From Octopus vulgaris (lineage: Eukaryota), in contig OX597822.1 in assembly GCA_951406725.2 (NCBI GenBank), positions 107,446,001 to 107,510,000 on the forward strand: a DNA stretch of 64,000 nt. Direction: 5' to 3'. Positions 13,010-26,790 of the stretch are shown here, piece after piece (the first letter of the stretch is position 1; each line of letters opens with the position of its first letter). The position numbers and the translations under genes are program-made. The notes below the pieces were generated by a model. That model was not told the origin of the DNA, did no database searches, and saw nothing but the letters and a program-made list of their open reading frames with translations.

Positions 13010-13335
13010 TGGAAGCTCAGTGGTTAGAGCGTCGAACTTACGATCGTGAGGTTGTGAGTTCGATTCCCGGACAGGGCTGCTTGTTGTGTTCTTGAGCAAG
13101 ACACTTTATTTCACGTTGTTGCAGTTCACTCAGCTGTAGAAATGAGTTGCGACATCACTGGCACCAAGCTATATCGGCCTCTTTGCTTTTCCCTTGGATT
13201 TCATCGGTGGTATAGAGAGGGTAGGCTGGTATGTATGAGCGACTGCTGGTCTTCCATAAGAAACTTTGCCCGGACTTGCGCCTGGGAGGGTAACTTTCTA
13301 GGTGCAATTCCATGGTGATTCGTGACCGAAGGGGG
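13010..13335 (+). mobile_element. SINE family D
   Basis: GCTCAGTGGTTAGAGCG head, GTTCGATTCCC B box, family D tail. Confidence 0.9.
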
Positions 13336-13349
13336 TGGTGTCTCCGACT

Positions 13350-14175
13350 GGAAGCAGTTACAAATGAGGACACAGTATTTGCTATTGGAGTAATGTGACA
13401 TCATCGATGGTAGGTTATCGTCCATGCTTCACCAGTTTATTGAAAATGGTGTGCTTAGAGTTTTTACAGCTCGCTGTGTAATCTACAAACTGGAAATAAC
13501 ATTAGAGGTAGACTGAAGTTGTTGAACACTTTAAACAAATAAATAACTGAACGTTTCTGTTCCTTTGGTAAAGCAGTTATTGAATTCTTACAAGAATGTA
13601 ATTCTGTCCGTTGGGATGAACTAAGATGCATCATGATATTGCTTATATGGCAGATATATTCGCAAAATTCAATGAAATTAATTTGCAACTGTAATGAAAT
13701 TTGGTCGAAAATCAACACATGTAAAATCAGACCTCTTCACATTTCTGTAGTGGAGGCCCGTGGCTTAGTGGTTAGGGCGTCAGCATCGTGATGGCAATAT
13801 TGTGGTTTCGATTCCTGGACCGAGCGACGCGTTGTGTTCTTGAGCAAAACACTACATTTCACGTTGCTCCAGTCCACTCTACTGGCAAAAATGAGTAACG
13901 CTGCGATGGACTGGCGTCCCGTCCAGCTGGGGAACACATACGACATAGAAACCGGGAAACCGGGCTCATGATCTTGGCTAGGCTCTAAAAGGGCGCATTT
14001 ATTTTTTCCCACAATTCTGTGCAAGTTACAGTTATCCAAATATGACAAGTCGTCTTAGTTCTTCCAGTTACCGAGACATTCTGAACTGAAGAACTACTAG
14101 AAGATGGAACCAAGTGTATAGTTTACACATGAATGACCTTCTCAGAGACATTTTTGACAGATTTCAGGATATTTA
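13350..14175 (+). pseudogene. Decayed hAT (Charlie/Buster/ZBED5-like) transposase, interrupted by a SINE
   Basis: Fragments SMVGYR..VFTARCVIYK, DIAYMADIFAKFNEINLQL and YSLHMNDLLRDIFDRFQDI resemble Buster-family transposases; multiple stops and frameshifts. Confidence 0.7.
13751..14003 (+). mobile_element. SINE family B
   Basis: Near-identical to 21927-22180; TSD CACA(T/A)TTCTGT. Confidence 0.9.
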
Positions 14176-14439
14176 TGTTTGCTTAAAATACAAATATAGG
14201 TAATTTGTAAATATCAACAATGCCGAAACAGGCTGTAAGCTAACGAAATTCAAAAGATGGTCGCGTATTCCTTTCTCACTACCGTTATATGCTCAACCAA
14301 CGCTTCATTCAGATATACATATATTGAGATCTCTACCAGGTTATTAGTATTGCGTTGGTTAAGACACACACACACATTCATACATATATACATATATATG
14401 TATATATATATATGTATATATAATCATATATATGTATAT

Positions 14440-14473
<34 letters not shown>

Positions 14474-15374
14474 TCATACACATATATATATATTCATTTA
14501 CATTTTTATATACACACATATATATATAGATATTCATATACATGTATATATATATATACATTCATACACACGCCCACACACAAACATATATAAGTGTATA
14601 TTTCTGTATACACACATGCATACACACATACATACACACATACACAAACACTTATCTGCATTTGTATGCATATTAATAATCGAAATATCATTGAGCGCTA
14701 CGCTTTATTTTGAAGACATTTTCGGCTCCTTTTTGATTTTTACTCCCACATGAAAATATGGTTTATACTTGTTCATTTCTTCTTTTAAGGAATTAAAATA
14801 TTGGAACATATTACTTTTTGTCCTATCAATTTTAAGCAGAGACTTATGTTCTTCATTTAGCAAAAACAGTTTCATTTCATTCAATTCGTTACTGAAGCCA
14901 AATGCGCAGAGTCTAGAATTTTCTTTCAAGATAAATTTTGAAACATTAAAATTTCCTTAAAAAAATTACATATAATAATTGTTTGTTCTTTTGCAGAGAA
15001 ATTTCTACTTGTATTTTATATTTGATATTTGAAATATTAAGTGGAAATCAAATGCAATTACTAGTAAAACATCCCAGAACAAAAGGAATTTTATTTTGTT
15101 TAATTGACAATAAATTTTGACAAAATTGAGGACATTTAAAGAACAACTATGTGTTTCATTGCATATTTTTTATAATCAATATTTTTATATCATATACAAC
15201 TGAAATATTCATAAATTGAAATGTATATGACTGCATAAATTCTCCTTACATTTACAAAATATATCGACCTACAGACGCATTTATTTTATATTACATATCA
15301 CATGTTTGAACAATAGCCTCGCTTGTAATAGGTTACCTGCAGATCAATGAATGACCTTTGTCCCACTCAATTTC

Positions 15375-15790
15375 GTATTTCTTTATTGCCCACAAGCGGC
15401 TAAACATAGAGGGGACAAACAAGGACAGACATAGGTATTAAGTCGATTAAATCGACCCCAATGCGTAACTGGTACTTAATTTATCAACCCCGAAAGGATG
15501 AAAGGCAAAGTCGACCTCGGCGGAATTTAAACTCAGAACGTAGCGGCAGACAAAATACCTATTTCTTTACTACCCACAAGGGCCCAAACACAGAGGGGAC
15601 AAACAAGGAGAGACAAACGGATTAAGTCGATTACATCGATCCCAGTGCGTAACTGGTACTTAATTTATCGACCCCGAAAGAATGAAAGGCAAAGTTGACC
15701 TCGGCGAAATTTGAACTCAGAACGTAACGGCAGACGAAATATTGCTAAGCATTTCGCCCGGTGCGCTAACGTTTCTGCCAGCTCGCGCCT
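15375..15790 (-). mobile_element. Family-M SINE dimer
   Basis: Head plus two units; TSD-like TTTGT(C/T)CCACTC(A/T)ATTTC. Confidence 0.9.
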
Positions 15791-15915
15791 TATTTTTGTT
15801 CCACTCTATTTCTAGCGGAGAGTGAGGGTGCTTGGCTTATTTCTTATGAATTAGTATTATGCATACACACATAACACATACACGAACACACACGCACACA
15901 CTCACACACATATAT

Positions 15916-16225
15916 GAATGGCTCAGTGGTTAGAGCGTCGGGCGCACAATCACGAGGTAGTGAGTTCGATATACGGACTTGCCAGTGTGTTGAGGTCTTA
16001 AGCAAGACACTATTTCACGTTGCTCCAGTTCATTTAGCTGTAGAAATGAGTTGCGACGTCACTTGCGCCGAGGCGTATTGGCTTTTGCCTTTCTCTTGAA
16101 TAATAGCGATGGCGTGGAGATGGGAGGCTGGTACGCATGCGCAAATGCTGATCCATAAACAACGTCGCCTGGACTTGTGCCTCGAAGGGTAACCTTCTAG
16201 GTGCAATTCCATGATCATTTATGCC
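15916..16225 (+). mobile_element. SINE family D
   Basis: TGGCTCAGTGGTTAGAGCG head and family D tail. Confidence 0.85.
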
Positions 16226-16229
16226 CCTG

Positions 16230-16277
<48 letters not shown>

Positions 16278-16346
16278 AAAACAATAATTTCCTCTATTTA
16301 CATAATATTGAGGTCTCTTTCTTTCTTTTGTTATCTTACCGTTTTA

Positions 16347-16409
<63 letters not shown>

Positions 16410-16584
16410 CTGAAAGAATGGAGTCGAACAAAGATGTTAACAAAATTCCTTTACTCTCGACATATGTTTCAACCGTGTTTCTGACGTGAATTTGCTACCC
16501 AGGATTCGGTTAAACGAATTTTCCATGCTGACGATAAACATAGGATAATTCATTCACCTATTTAAATATATATATATATATATA

Positions 16585-16627
<43 letters not shown>

Positions 16628-17721
16628 TTAGTTAGGTTGTACTCATGATCACGTGATCGTAATTTCAATACCTGGTCCGAGTGTCGCGTTGAGTTCTTGG
16701 GTAAAACAGTTTCTCTCCCGTTCCTCGGGGATCGCTCTGACACCTGAAGTATTGTACATCGTGCATCTGTTCAAGGAACATTAATTTGATGGAGGGAGGG
16801 AGCTAATATACAGCACATATATTTGATCACTATAAACGATTTATTTGGAATGGTTGCTCAGTAAGATCATCTCCCTTGTACTACGAATATACCATCGTTT
16901 CTGGTGACACGAGAGATGATAAAAACGTGTTCGTAATACGGCGAAGACAACATATTGTAATTATAAGAGACTTTATTTGAAACGCATTCATTTTCTATTC
17001 CCCCCACAGATGGTAACATCCTTCATCGGCATACCTTCAAAAGCTTTGGTTAGCTTGACGCTATAGTAGAAGGCACCAAGCCAAGGTGCTGCGTAGTGGG
17101 ACTGAAACCAAGAGCATATGGTTAAGAATCAAACTTCTTACCACGTCTGGGCCTTATTACTCTGAATTTCACTTGTGGCTGCACAAGATCTTGAGGCAAG
17201 TTCTTGAGGGGATTTGTCCACCTATATATAGGTTTCCTGTAATAGGAAATATATAGGAGGGAAACAAAGAAACAAAGAGAAGAAAAAGAAAGAAGAAAAG
17301 AAAAGTAACAATGAAAGAAGAAAACGAGGAAAAGGAAAGAGTATAAACAAGTAAAGTAGAAAAGGAAGACAAAGGGAGTAAAAAGAGAGGACAGAAAGAG
17401 GAAACGAATGGAGTGTTTTAGAACAAAATAGGATGGGCGTGTAGCAGAATCGTCAAGGAATGCAATGGAAAAATGGCAGGTAAGTAGATGAATGAAGTTT
17501 GGAAGCTTTAATATTTAAGGAGAGAAGTAGATGAATAAATGATTGAATAAATAATTAAACAGATAAACAAATAAATGGCATGGTACTTAAAAGGAACAAC
17601 AGAACGGCTGCTGATTTATAAACAATGGTGAAACAACAAATCCAACTGATAGTGTTTTGATAGTGATTGTCGTATTGGTGAATAAATAAAATTTAGAAAG
17701 ATACAATATATATATATATAT

Positions 17722-18448
17722 ATAGTTAATGCAAACATGAAAACACAAAGAGAAAACACAACAACACGAGGACGTGGAACAGATATAATATTATTGGATG
17801 CTCGGGAAGGAAGGGAAGAAGGAGGTTTTTACGTTTCGAGCGGAGCTATTCGTTGGAAACATAGGAGAAGGAAAGATCCAAAGAAGGGAAGACGGAGGAA
17901 AAAAATCGCCAATGGTACACAGACGGTCACATTTTGAATGACCGGAAGGGAATGGGTGAAGAAAAGTTCTTTCAAAGAAGTGAATGTCTGTGTAGGTGTA
18001 AGTGGCGACGACACAAGTAGAAAAGTGGAAGTAGAAGAAGAAAGGTAAAAAGAGGACGAGGAAAAGTGGAAGAGTCACGGACAAATTTTTTTGATTTCCA
18101 ATAACGATTACAGTGGCGTACTCCGGATGAATGGTAACAGTAATCCGTAGGTGTAAAAATCCATGAATTGTTTATCCAAGTCAGTCAGAAGGCCGGGGTC
18201 CACGTGAAGGTGCGGTATATAAAGTTAATCCAAACATGAAAACACAAAGAGAAAACACAACAACGCGAGGATGTGGAACAAATATAGTATTATTGGACAC
18301 TCAGGAAGGAAGGGAAGAAGGAGGGTTTAACGCTTCGAGCAGAGCTCTTCGTCAGAAACATAGGAGAAGGAAAGATCCAAAGAAGGGAAGACAGAAGAAA
18401 GAAAATCGCCAATGGTACACACGCGGTCACATTTTGAATGACCGGAAG

Positions 18449-18492
<44 letters not shown>

Positions 18493-18690
18493 CAAACAAG
18501 AAAGCACAAAAATACACAACAACGCGAGGACGGGGAACAAATATAGTATTATTGGACGCTCAGGAAAGAAGGAAAGAAGGAGGGTTTAACGTTTCTAGCG
18601 GAGCTCTTCGTCGGAAACATAGGAGAAGGAAAGTTCCAGAGAAGGGAAGACAGAGGGCAAAAATCGCCAACGGTACACACGAGGTCATAT
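17722..18690 (-). mobile_element. Non-autonomous PLE/retrozyme-like element: three copies of a ~180-230-bp repeat, each with a minimal hammerhead motif
   Basis: Repeats at about 17722-17950, 18222-18450 and 18505-18687. HHR motifs on the minus strand at 17825-17860, 18325-18359 and 18584-18618; consensus GTTT-CYGACGA-A-GAGC tcc GCTC-GAAA-CG-TT-AAAC. Bounded by (TA)n. Confidence 0.75.
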
Positions 18691-18709
18691 ATATATATAT
18701 ATATATATA

Positions 18710-19200
18710 TTCTGTTGCTCCTTCGCCGTTCTCAAAAATAGCGTTCGTAATACTTTATCTCGTTCGGCTTAACAGCCCTTCATGTCTTGTTATTCTCCGT
18801 GTCCTGTCTTTTACTGTTTATACTTTTTACTGTCGTTACTGTCCTGTTTTTGTTACCATTTTTACCCCTCCGCAAAAAGATCTCAAATTTTATTTGATTT
18901 GCTTTTCGCGGGAAGGAAAGTTTCTATCGAAGATGCGTATCGCCTTCACCTTCGAAACGCAGAGTAAATGACACCATGGCGACTGAAGAAGGGGAATTTT
19001 CCTTGTGTTATTTGTCCTGTACTCTATTTTTTCGTTGTTTAAGAAAAATGTCCATTTCCTTGGTTTTGTGTTTATGTTTTCGTTTCTCATTGTGTTCGAC
19101 TTTTTTTTTCGTGTCCTGTACCCATATATGCATGCATATATACATGTAGAAGTAGGTACGTACATATATGTATGTATATATGCATATGTTTTATTTATTA
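18710..19200 (+). repeat. Repeat family F module between (TA)n runs
   Basis: Similar to about 41580-41960 and to the reverse complement of 9017-9207; contains CTTCGAAAC..CTGAAGAAGG. Confidence 0.7.
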
Positions 19201-19201
19201 A

Positions 19202-19238
<37 letters not shown>

Positions 19239-19788
19239 GTATATATATAATATATGTATGTATATATACACCGTTATCTATGTATTCTACTCTTTTGGTT
19301 TTTAATTGCTTTCGCATCCTATATTGTAACGAATTTAATATATCATAATATTAATTTATCGTTATTATATCATATTGTATGTTTATATACGCTTAAACTG
19401 CTTTGGATTTGGCGCTCTTTAAACGGGAGTAAATTGTGGAGACTCCTAAGGAGAAACGAAACCTGACTGGTTAAATTTCAAAATCAAATTCTTTCAATCA
19501 GTGAGTTTTATTTCGCTGGAGTAAGATGTGGCTTGTCGCTCGCAGTCCCTTTAAACAGCTCATAAGGTTAATGATTTTATGTGGCTATTCGAGTTATATC
19601 TTTAGCTCTTATTTCTAGCAATTTTAGGAGCTATTTTGCACATTTATATTGTAAGTCAGTTTATAATTCATCGTTATATCTTATCGTGTGTGTATACATG
19701 TGTGTATATGTGTGTGTATATGTGTATGTGTATACACATTTGTAGATGTAAATATATATCTTTATATATACTTCTATATACAAACCTG

Positions 19789-20092
19789 TGGAGGCGCAAT
19801 GGCCCAGTGGTTAGGGTAGCGGACTCGCGGTCGTAGGATCGCGGTTTCGATTCCCAGACCGGGCCTTGTGAGTGTTTATTGAGCGAAAACACTTTAAAGC
19901 TCCACGATTCTCTGGCAGGGGGTGGTGATCCCTACTGTACTCTTTCACCTCTTTCTCCTACTCTTTCTTCTGTTGGCCTGCTCGCTTAGCCAGCGGGGTG
20001 GCGTTATTCCAAGGCTAAAACAATGCGAACGCATTGTGACCAGCGATGTGTAACAACATCTGATGGTCTGGTCGGTCACGTGATCACGTGAT
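19789..20092 (+). mobile_element. SINE head A + tail 1
   Basis: Near-identical to 594-903. Confidence 0.9.
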
Positions 20093-20599
20093 ATACAAAC
20101 ATACACACACACACATATATATATATGCGTAACAACGCTTTACTACTGATAATAAATTGAAATATGAAATAATGCAAATTCATTTAATTAAATACCGCAG
20201 TTAATTTCATAATAATTTTGATCATGGAGATTTTGCATTTAAACAGAATCAATTATGTAAATCACATGTTTTTAAAAAAGATATTTGCATAACGTTGTAA
20301 GCAAGTTTCATTCTCTACTTGCATGTTCTGAATTTATTTCAAATTAATTCGTGTCTCAGTACTGCAACCTCTCGTTGTAAATCAGTTTATGTATTTGAAC
20401 GTTTATACACGATTTTTTTATCTTAGAGAAATATACACCGGATATATTTCACAGTTTGGTTGCAAATGAAAAATGACAGTTGTCCCTGAAGTGGTCAGTC
20501 AACAGGCGGAAGGTTAACAGCAAGTGATCGTACACAGTAAGATGTGTGTATCGACATTCTCGTGCTTTGGCAATAAATAAATAAAGTAAAATAATGTAA

Positions 20600-21020
20600 T
20601 GTAATGTTCGGGTCAAAGACCGAGGAAAGAGTCTACAAAGATGGTCAATTCTGCCAAGTGGTACTGGCATTATATAGAATACATTTATCAAGCCTAGATA
20701 TTTCTTTTTATGAAAAAAGAAAATTATGTGATGTCTTTCAATTCTATGACAGGTATCAAAATCAAGATATTTCCAGAAGGAAATCGATTTTTTCGTGCAA
20801 AAGAAGGAGAGCAATAAACGGGTTGAAGACACACCGACAAAGGTAACGCGATATAGATCTCTAAAGATATGCTACTTCAAAAAGCATATATTGTAAACAA
20901 ATCCATTTTCCCACACTTAAGCAATTCCTCGAGGCTATTCAAGACGAAACATGTCTTGCAAACAAACTTGCACATGCAAGTGCTACCAGTTAAAAGCTCC
21001 GTATATCGGAAGCTAGCAAG
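20600..21020 (+). pseudogene. Possible decayed Mutator-like (MULE) transposase C-terminus
   Basis: VYKDGQFCQVVLAL..FYE..FQFYDRY and HFPTLKQFLEAIQDE loosely resemble MULE transposase C-terminal motifs; weak match. Confidence 0.35.
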
Positions 21021-21418
21021 TGTATGGGGTCATCAGGAGAGAATGCGCGCCGTTTCGGGGCCTACCTCTCGATGGCATCAATGCGCACCGGCCCCCCTCA
21101 CTGATATGAGACCCCGCTTGCTAGATCAGCTGGTTATGAAGAACTCAATATACTTCTAGCCATCGCTCATCGTCTCTTTTTAACCAAATCCAGTGGCTAG
21201 CCTTCTCCACTGTAGATTGGATATCAGTCATGGTGGTATTGACTTTACGATGAGTTAGGCCTAACGAGTTGGGCCTGTAGAGGCTGCTTAAGGCGGATAT
21301 TTGAGTAAATTCTTATGTTTCAGCCATAATCTAGCTGAAATTTTAAAAAATACTTTATATTTGGATGGGACAAGGTGTGTTTTGCCTTTCATACAAACCG
21401 TCGATATTTCTCGAACAT

Positions 21419-21450
<32 letters not shown>

Positions 21451-21926
21451 CGTTCAAATTCTGCTATTTCGGGATTGACAAGTAAAGTATCATTTAAGTA
21501 TTGAAGTCGATTAATTTTGCCTCGTCTTTTTCCTTTCTGAAATTTGTATGATAGTCATACACAAAATTTTGCTTCAAGATTAAGTTATTGGTACACGTAT
21601 CTAAAGCATCAGAATGTGTGTACTCCTTAATTTCAATAGTAAATTTTCAAGTAATCAATTAACCGAATACTCATCGTCGAAACTGTCGGACAACCAAATT
21701 CTGTCGGTTTGACTTTGACTTCCATGGCTACTAGAATTTAACCAGGTATAAACTGTTCTGCGAATACAAGCATTTTTGTATCGACTTGTATGGGCTTTCC
21801 ATTCTCGTGAATTTTGTTACTACTCACTATTAAATAGTAGAATTTCAAGTAATCAATCGACCAAATGGTCATCATCGAAACCGCAGGAGGGCCTACAATT
21901 TCTTTCGGTGTGACTTTATTTAACCG

Positions 21927-22180
21927 TGGATGCATGTGGCTTAGTGGTTAGGGTGTCAGCATCATGATCGTAAGATTGTGGCTTCGATTCCTGGACCGGG
22001 CGACACGTTCTTTTCTTTAGCAAAACACTTCATTTCACGTTGCTCCAGTCCACTCAGCTGGCAAAAATGAGTAACGCTGCGATGGACTGGCGTCCCTTCC
22101 AGCTGGGGAACACATACGCCATAGAAACCGGGAAACCGGACCCATGAGCCTGGCTAGGCTTTAAATGGGTGCATTTATTT
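21927..22180 (+). mobile_element. SINE family B
   Basis: Matches 3477 and 13751 copies. Confidence 0.9.
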
Positions 22181-23623
22181 TATCGATTAATATTCAAGCA
22201 GATACAAACCGGTCTGAGAATATAAACACTTTTGTATGAACATGCATCGGCTTTCCTTTCTCGTAAATTTTGCTAACATCTCGAGTAAGAATAGTGACAT
22301 TACTCTAAGAACCTCGAACACTTTATAAAGGGCATGCGTATACTTGATATATCTCTAACGTTGAACAATTTAGCAGATGCATCCTAATTTAAGTCAAGTG
22401 TTATTGATCATCGTGTAAAGTAATTTTGCTATTTCTTGGTCTAGAGCAAGAATCTTTAATTAAGAATTCTGATTCTGTGTGATTGATTGTATGGTGGAAT
22501 TTTTCTCATTTTATATTCAGTGTTTTGCAGTAAACTTAATATTCAGTTCAGTGATGCACTTAAGAGATATGAGCCTTTCTATAAATCCAGCCGAATTCTT
22601 GACATAAGGAAAATGAAGTTATCGGAAATTTGACTATCAATCAGATTTTTCATAAAATGTATTCTTTTAAGATTCCTCGAATGCAGATAATGTCAAATGA
22701 TCTGTGTATCTTGTGCTTCGCATTTCCTGTGTTTAACCCTGGAATCTTTAATAGGTGATAGGATGAAAACAATGTCAGGTAATTGGTCACTGTTCACTGA
22801 GTGACAAAATGAAGTATAACATCCGGCCTTTTGAAGAATGTTCCTTCATCCCGAGGTCATCGGTTCAATTCTTAAACGCAGCTAATTATACAGCTCGAAA
22901 ATTCGAAATTTTACTTTGTAATAATGTATGTCAGAAACTAAAATATACGCTGCATGATGTTTGATTAATGTTGTAAAGGAATCATTAATCACTTGAAACG
23001 GTGTCATTATTACATTGTGAATCGGTTATGTTTCAGCAGTTCGAAGGTCAGAACTAAATATGTGTGTCTTTTGTTTTCCCTCCTGTGATATCTCGAAATT
23101 TAATAAAGTTCTGAAACATTTTGAACTGCTAGTAATGACTGCTTCAATTAAATCCAATACCACACACTTCAACTATACAAATACAGCTTAAAAGTTTTGG
23201 TGACACTATAAACAAAATATCAACATTTATCACAATGGAAATCTTAGATTGGGCTAAGTCCATTTATTTAAAGAGGTATGATGGATTATACCAATCTCTT
23301 TAAAAGATTCGTAAACATTTTTGCCTCGTTTCATGGGATGAAAATGAAAGCTTACCAAAGCGGAATTTGAACTAATATAAATGGTCTGCTATAGGTATAT
23401 AATCTTGTGGTCTACCGAATCTCTCACTTTCTTTGTCTTGCATAGCACCGCTAATTTGTTCTACTTATCTTTATATCAGCCTTTCTGCAAGCAACATCTA
23501 AGTCAAGCTTGGAACTTCTATACAGTCGTTCTATTTGCTAGAAATAAGTTTTTCCTGACCTGCAGTCATCCCATCACATACTATACTCTTAAATCAAAGT
23601 CACATTGGAACATGTAGCATTAT

Positions 23624-23927
23624 ATCACCGTGAACCAGCAGGCTATCAGATGTTGCTATACATCGCTGGTCACAATGCGCTTCGCATTGTTTCAGCCTTC
23701 AAATGACGCCACCCCGCTGGCTAAGCGAGCAGATCAACAGAAGAAAGAGTGGGAGAAAGTTGTGGTGAAAGAGTACAGCAGGGATCACCACCACCCCCTA
23801 CCGGAGCATCGTGGAGCTTTAGGTGTTTTCGCTCAACAAATACTCACAAGGCCCAGTCTGGCATTCGAAACCGCAATCCTACAACCGCGAGTTCGTTGCC
23901 CTAACCACTGGGCCAATGCGACTCCAT
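23624..23927 (-). mobile_element. SINE head A + tail 1
   Basis: Reverse complement of the 594 and 19789 copies. Confidence 0.9.
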
Positions 23928-23940
23928 GTACCATTACATA

Positions 23941-24265
23941 TTGGCTCAGTGGTTAGAGCATCGAGCTTACGATCGTGAGGTTGTGAGCTCGAATCCCGAC
24001 CGGGCTGCGTGTTGTGTTCTTGAGCAAGACACTTTATTTCACGTTGCTCCAGTTCACTCAGCTGTAGAAATGAGTTGCGACGTCACAGGTGCCAAGCTGT
24101 ATCGACCTTTGTCTTTCCCTTGGATAACACTGGTGGCGTGGAGAGGGGAGGCCGGTATGCATGGGTGACTGCTGGTCTTCCATAAAAACAACCTTACCCA
24201 GACTTGTGCCTCAGAGGGTAACTCTCTAGGTGCAAACCCATGGTCACTCATGACCGAAGGGGGTC
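23941..24265 (+). mobile_element. SINE family D
   Basis: Full head and tail; head-to-head with the preceding SINE. Confidence 0.9.
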
Positions 24266-24270
24266 CAAGA

Positions 24271-24317
<47 letters not shown>

Positions 24318-26036
24318 TGTATTTTTCCTTGTTAATCTTCGAAACGTGTTGGAAGTAAAAGTATTTGAAGTATACCTGGGTTAAACTCCATTTATATATA
24401 TATATATATAATCTGAAAGAAAGTATATGGGATCATGATGTCCATAACATCTTAAATCGTAGATCTGCCCGACGACTAAACAACAAATGAAATAGAAGAA
24501 TTATCAGCAGCAAATATCCAACCTCCGTTCAGACTAAAACTGTACACAACTACACAAAATGCTACAATAAGTAACGAGGTACACGTAACTAGTTAAGAGT
24601 CGTTTCCACATTGAACTAGTTCATGACGGTGAGATTTCCACTTCAATGTACCGGTTTCATTGCGTATTATCTTGATTTCAGACACTAGATTAATGCACTC
24701 CTGGCCAACATGTTCAAGGGATTCTAATCGAACATACAGAGTTGGTGCTTATTTCAGCCCGGTAACTATTTTATCGAACTCTCTACATCGAACGGCTTAT
24801 CTTTGTCATAAAAGGCTGTAACTTTTATACAGACACACATATACACTCACACAGAGACACACCCACGCCCCCCCCCACACACACTTCTCACTCACAAACA
24901 TATACACAAAGGCCCACCTCACATATGAAATGGCTCATTTCTTCGCCGTTTCCGTCTAATAAATTTCATACAGGTTATTATGAGTTTACAAAAAACGACT
25001 TTTACCTGAAGTACCAAGCAGGAGGATTGAACTTGGAGGTATGCGGTATGATGCTACCATTTTAATCACAAGGCCTTGCAATGTTTATCGTTATGCATAA
25101 GTAGCTGCTGGAAATAAGTTTCAGATTTTCTGGAAGCATTAATGGCATCAATTTGCTGTCCAGCTATATAACACTACAGAAGCTGTAGTTAAGTACCAGA
25201 CGTTTTGTCTCCGAAGTGTCTTAAAAAGGATTCATATAATATATTGCATATAAATTCAATTAACTCGGCTTCTTTCCAGTAAACATTAGTTTTGTACCCA
25301 GTGAAAACAATTTGATAAAATTTACGTTTATTCCAATTTGCTCGTAATAAATCCATGAGATTTTCTTCTACTTTTTCCTGTTTGACTAACTCCTGTTAAT
25401 TTTCTTGTCTTAATGGAATTGAAGAATCCATATGACAGCTACCATGCAAACCATAATATCCATTTAACTTTCAGAAAACAAAAACTTTTGTTTAACAATT
25501 GGAAAACAAATATTTTATTTGAAAAATGTAAAAATGTATTTATTGTTGCACAAAGAATCCATCAAAAGTATGCCAATTTTATTACTGCATGCTACAATGA
25601 TAACATCACTGAAATGAAAATTCATTTCTTTATCGTTTTTTTTTTTAACAAAAAATAATATATAATTGACAACATTTAATTTTCAATTCAATAATGAAAG
25701 TTTATTTGCAATTACTAAAGGAAAATAACATTTTAAGTACAAATAGCTGTTCGACTTTGAAAATGCTTTAATTTTTAAACACGATATTAAAAACAGATTT
25801 TTTAAACGTGACAAGAAAATCTTACATCTGTTAACTAAGCGTTTATAGCAGCAGAAAGTATAATTGCGACGTTCTTTTTAAAAATCAGAAAGACAATAGG
25901 AAAGCCAATTGTGCAGGAGATAGCGAGCCGTGTGCGCGACATACGTTCGTTAAAGAACTGAACTGATTTCACCATGTTTATACTGTTAATAACATGCTTA
26001 AGACATAAATATCTCAATCACCAGTTACATGTATTT

Positions 26037-26410
26037 GGAAGCACTCCGTCGGTTACGACGATGAGGGTTCCGGTTGATCCGAATCAATGGAACAGCCTGC
26101 TCGTGAAATTAACGTGTAAGTGGCTGAGCACTCCACAGACACGTGCACCCTTAACGTAGTTCTCGCGGATATTCAGCGTGACAAGGCCGGCCCCTTGAAA
26201 TACAGGTACAACAGAAACAGGAAGTAAGAGTGAGAGAAAGTTGTGGTGAAAGAGTACAGCAGGGATCACTACCATCCCCTGCCGGAGCCTCGTGGAGCTT
26301 TTAGGTGTTTTCGCTCAATAAACACTCACAACGCCCGGTCTGGGAATCGAAACCGCGATCCTATGACCGCGAGTCCGCTGCCCTAACCACTGGGCCATTG
26401 CGCCTCCACA
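26037..26410 (-). mobile_element. SINE head A + tail 2
   Basis: Head A as at 594 and 19789, but a different 3' half ending CGTAACCGACGGAGTGCTTCC. Confidence 0.9.
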
Positions 26411-26535
26411 TCCACCGGTTACATACTTTCCTAATGATAGTGCATTTTTGCAATCGATAAAGAACAAACATTAGCAATTAATAATGATCTCTAATTTTGG
26501 TAAAATACCAGCAATTTTAAGAGAGGAGTTTAATA

Positions 26536-26790
26536 GGGGATGGTGGTGATCCCTGCTGTACTCTTTCACCACAACTTTCTCTCACTCTTACTTCCTGTTT
26601 CTGTTGTACCTGTATTTCAAAGGGCCGGCCTTGTCACACTCTGTGTCACGCTGAATATCCCCGAGAACTACGTTAAGGGTACACATGTCTGTGGAGTGCT
26701 CAGCCACTTACACGTTAATTTCATGAGCAGGCTGTTCCATTGATTCGGATCAACCGGAACCCTCGTCGTCGTAACCGGCGGAGTGCTTCC
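26536..26790 (+). mobile_element. 5'-truncated SINE (tail 2), inverted relative to 26037-26281
   Basis: High-identity reverse complement of 26037-26281. Confidence 0.9.

Noticed and set aside
21025-21062. Minus-strand GAAAC..CTGATGA arrangement
   Set aside because: The flanks (CCCC/CCCC) cannot form stem II.
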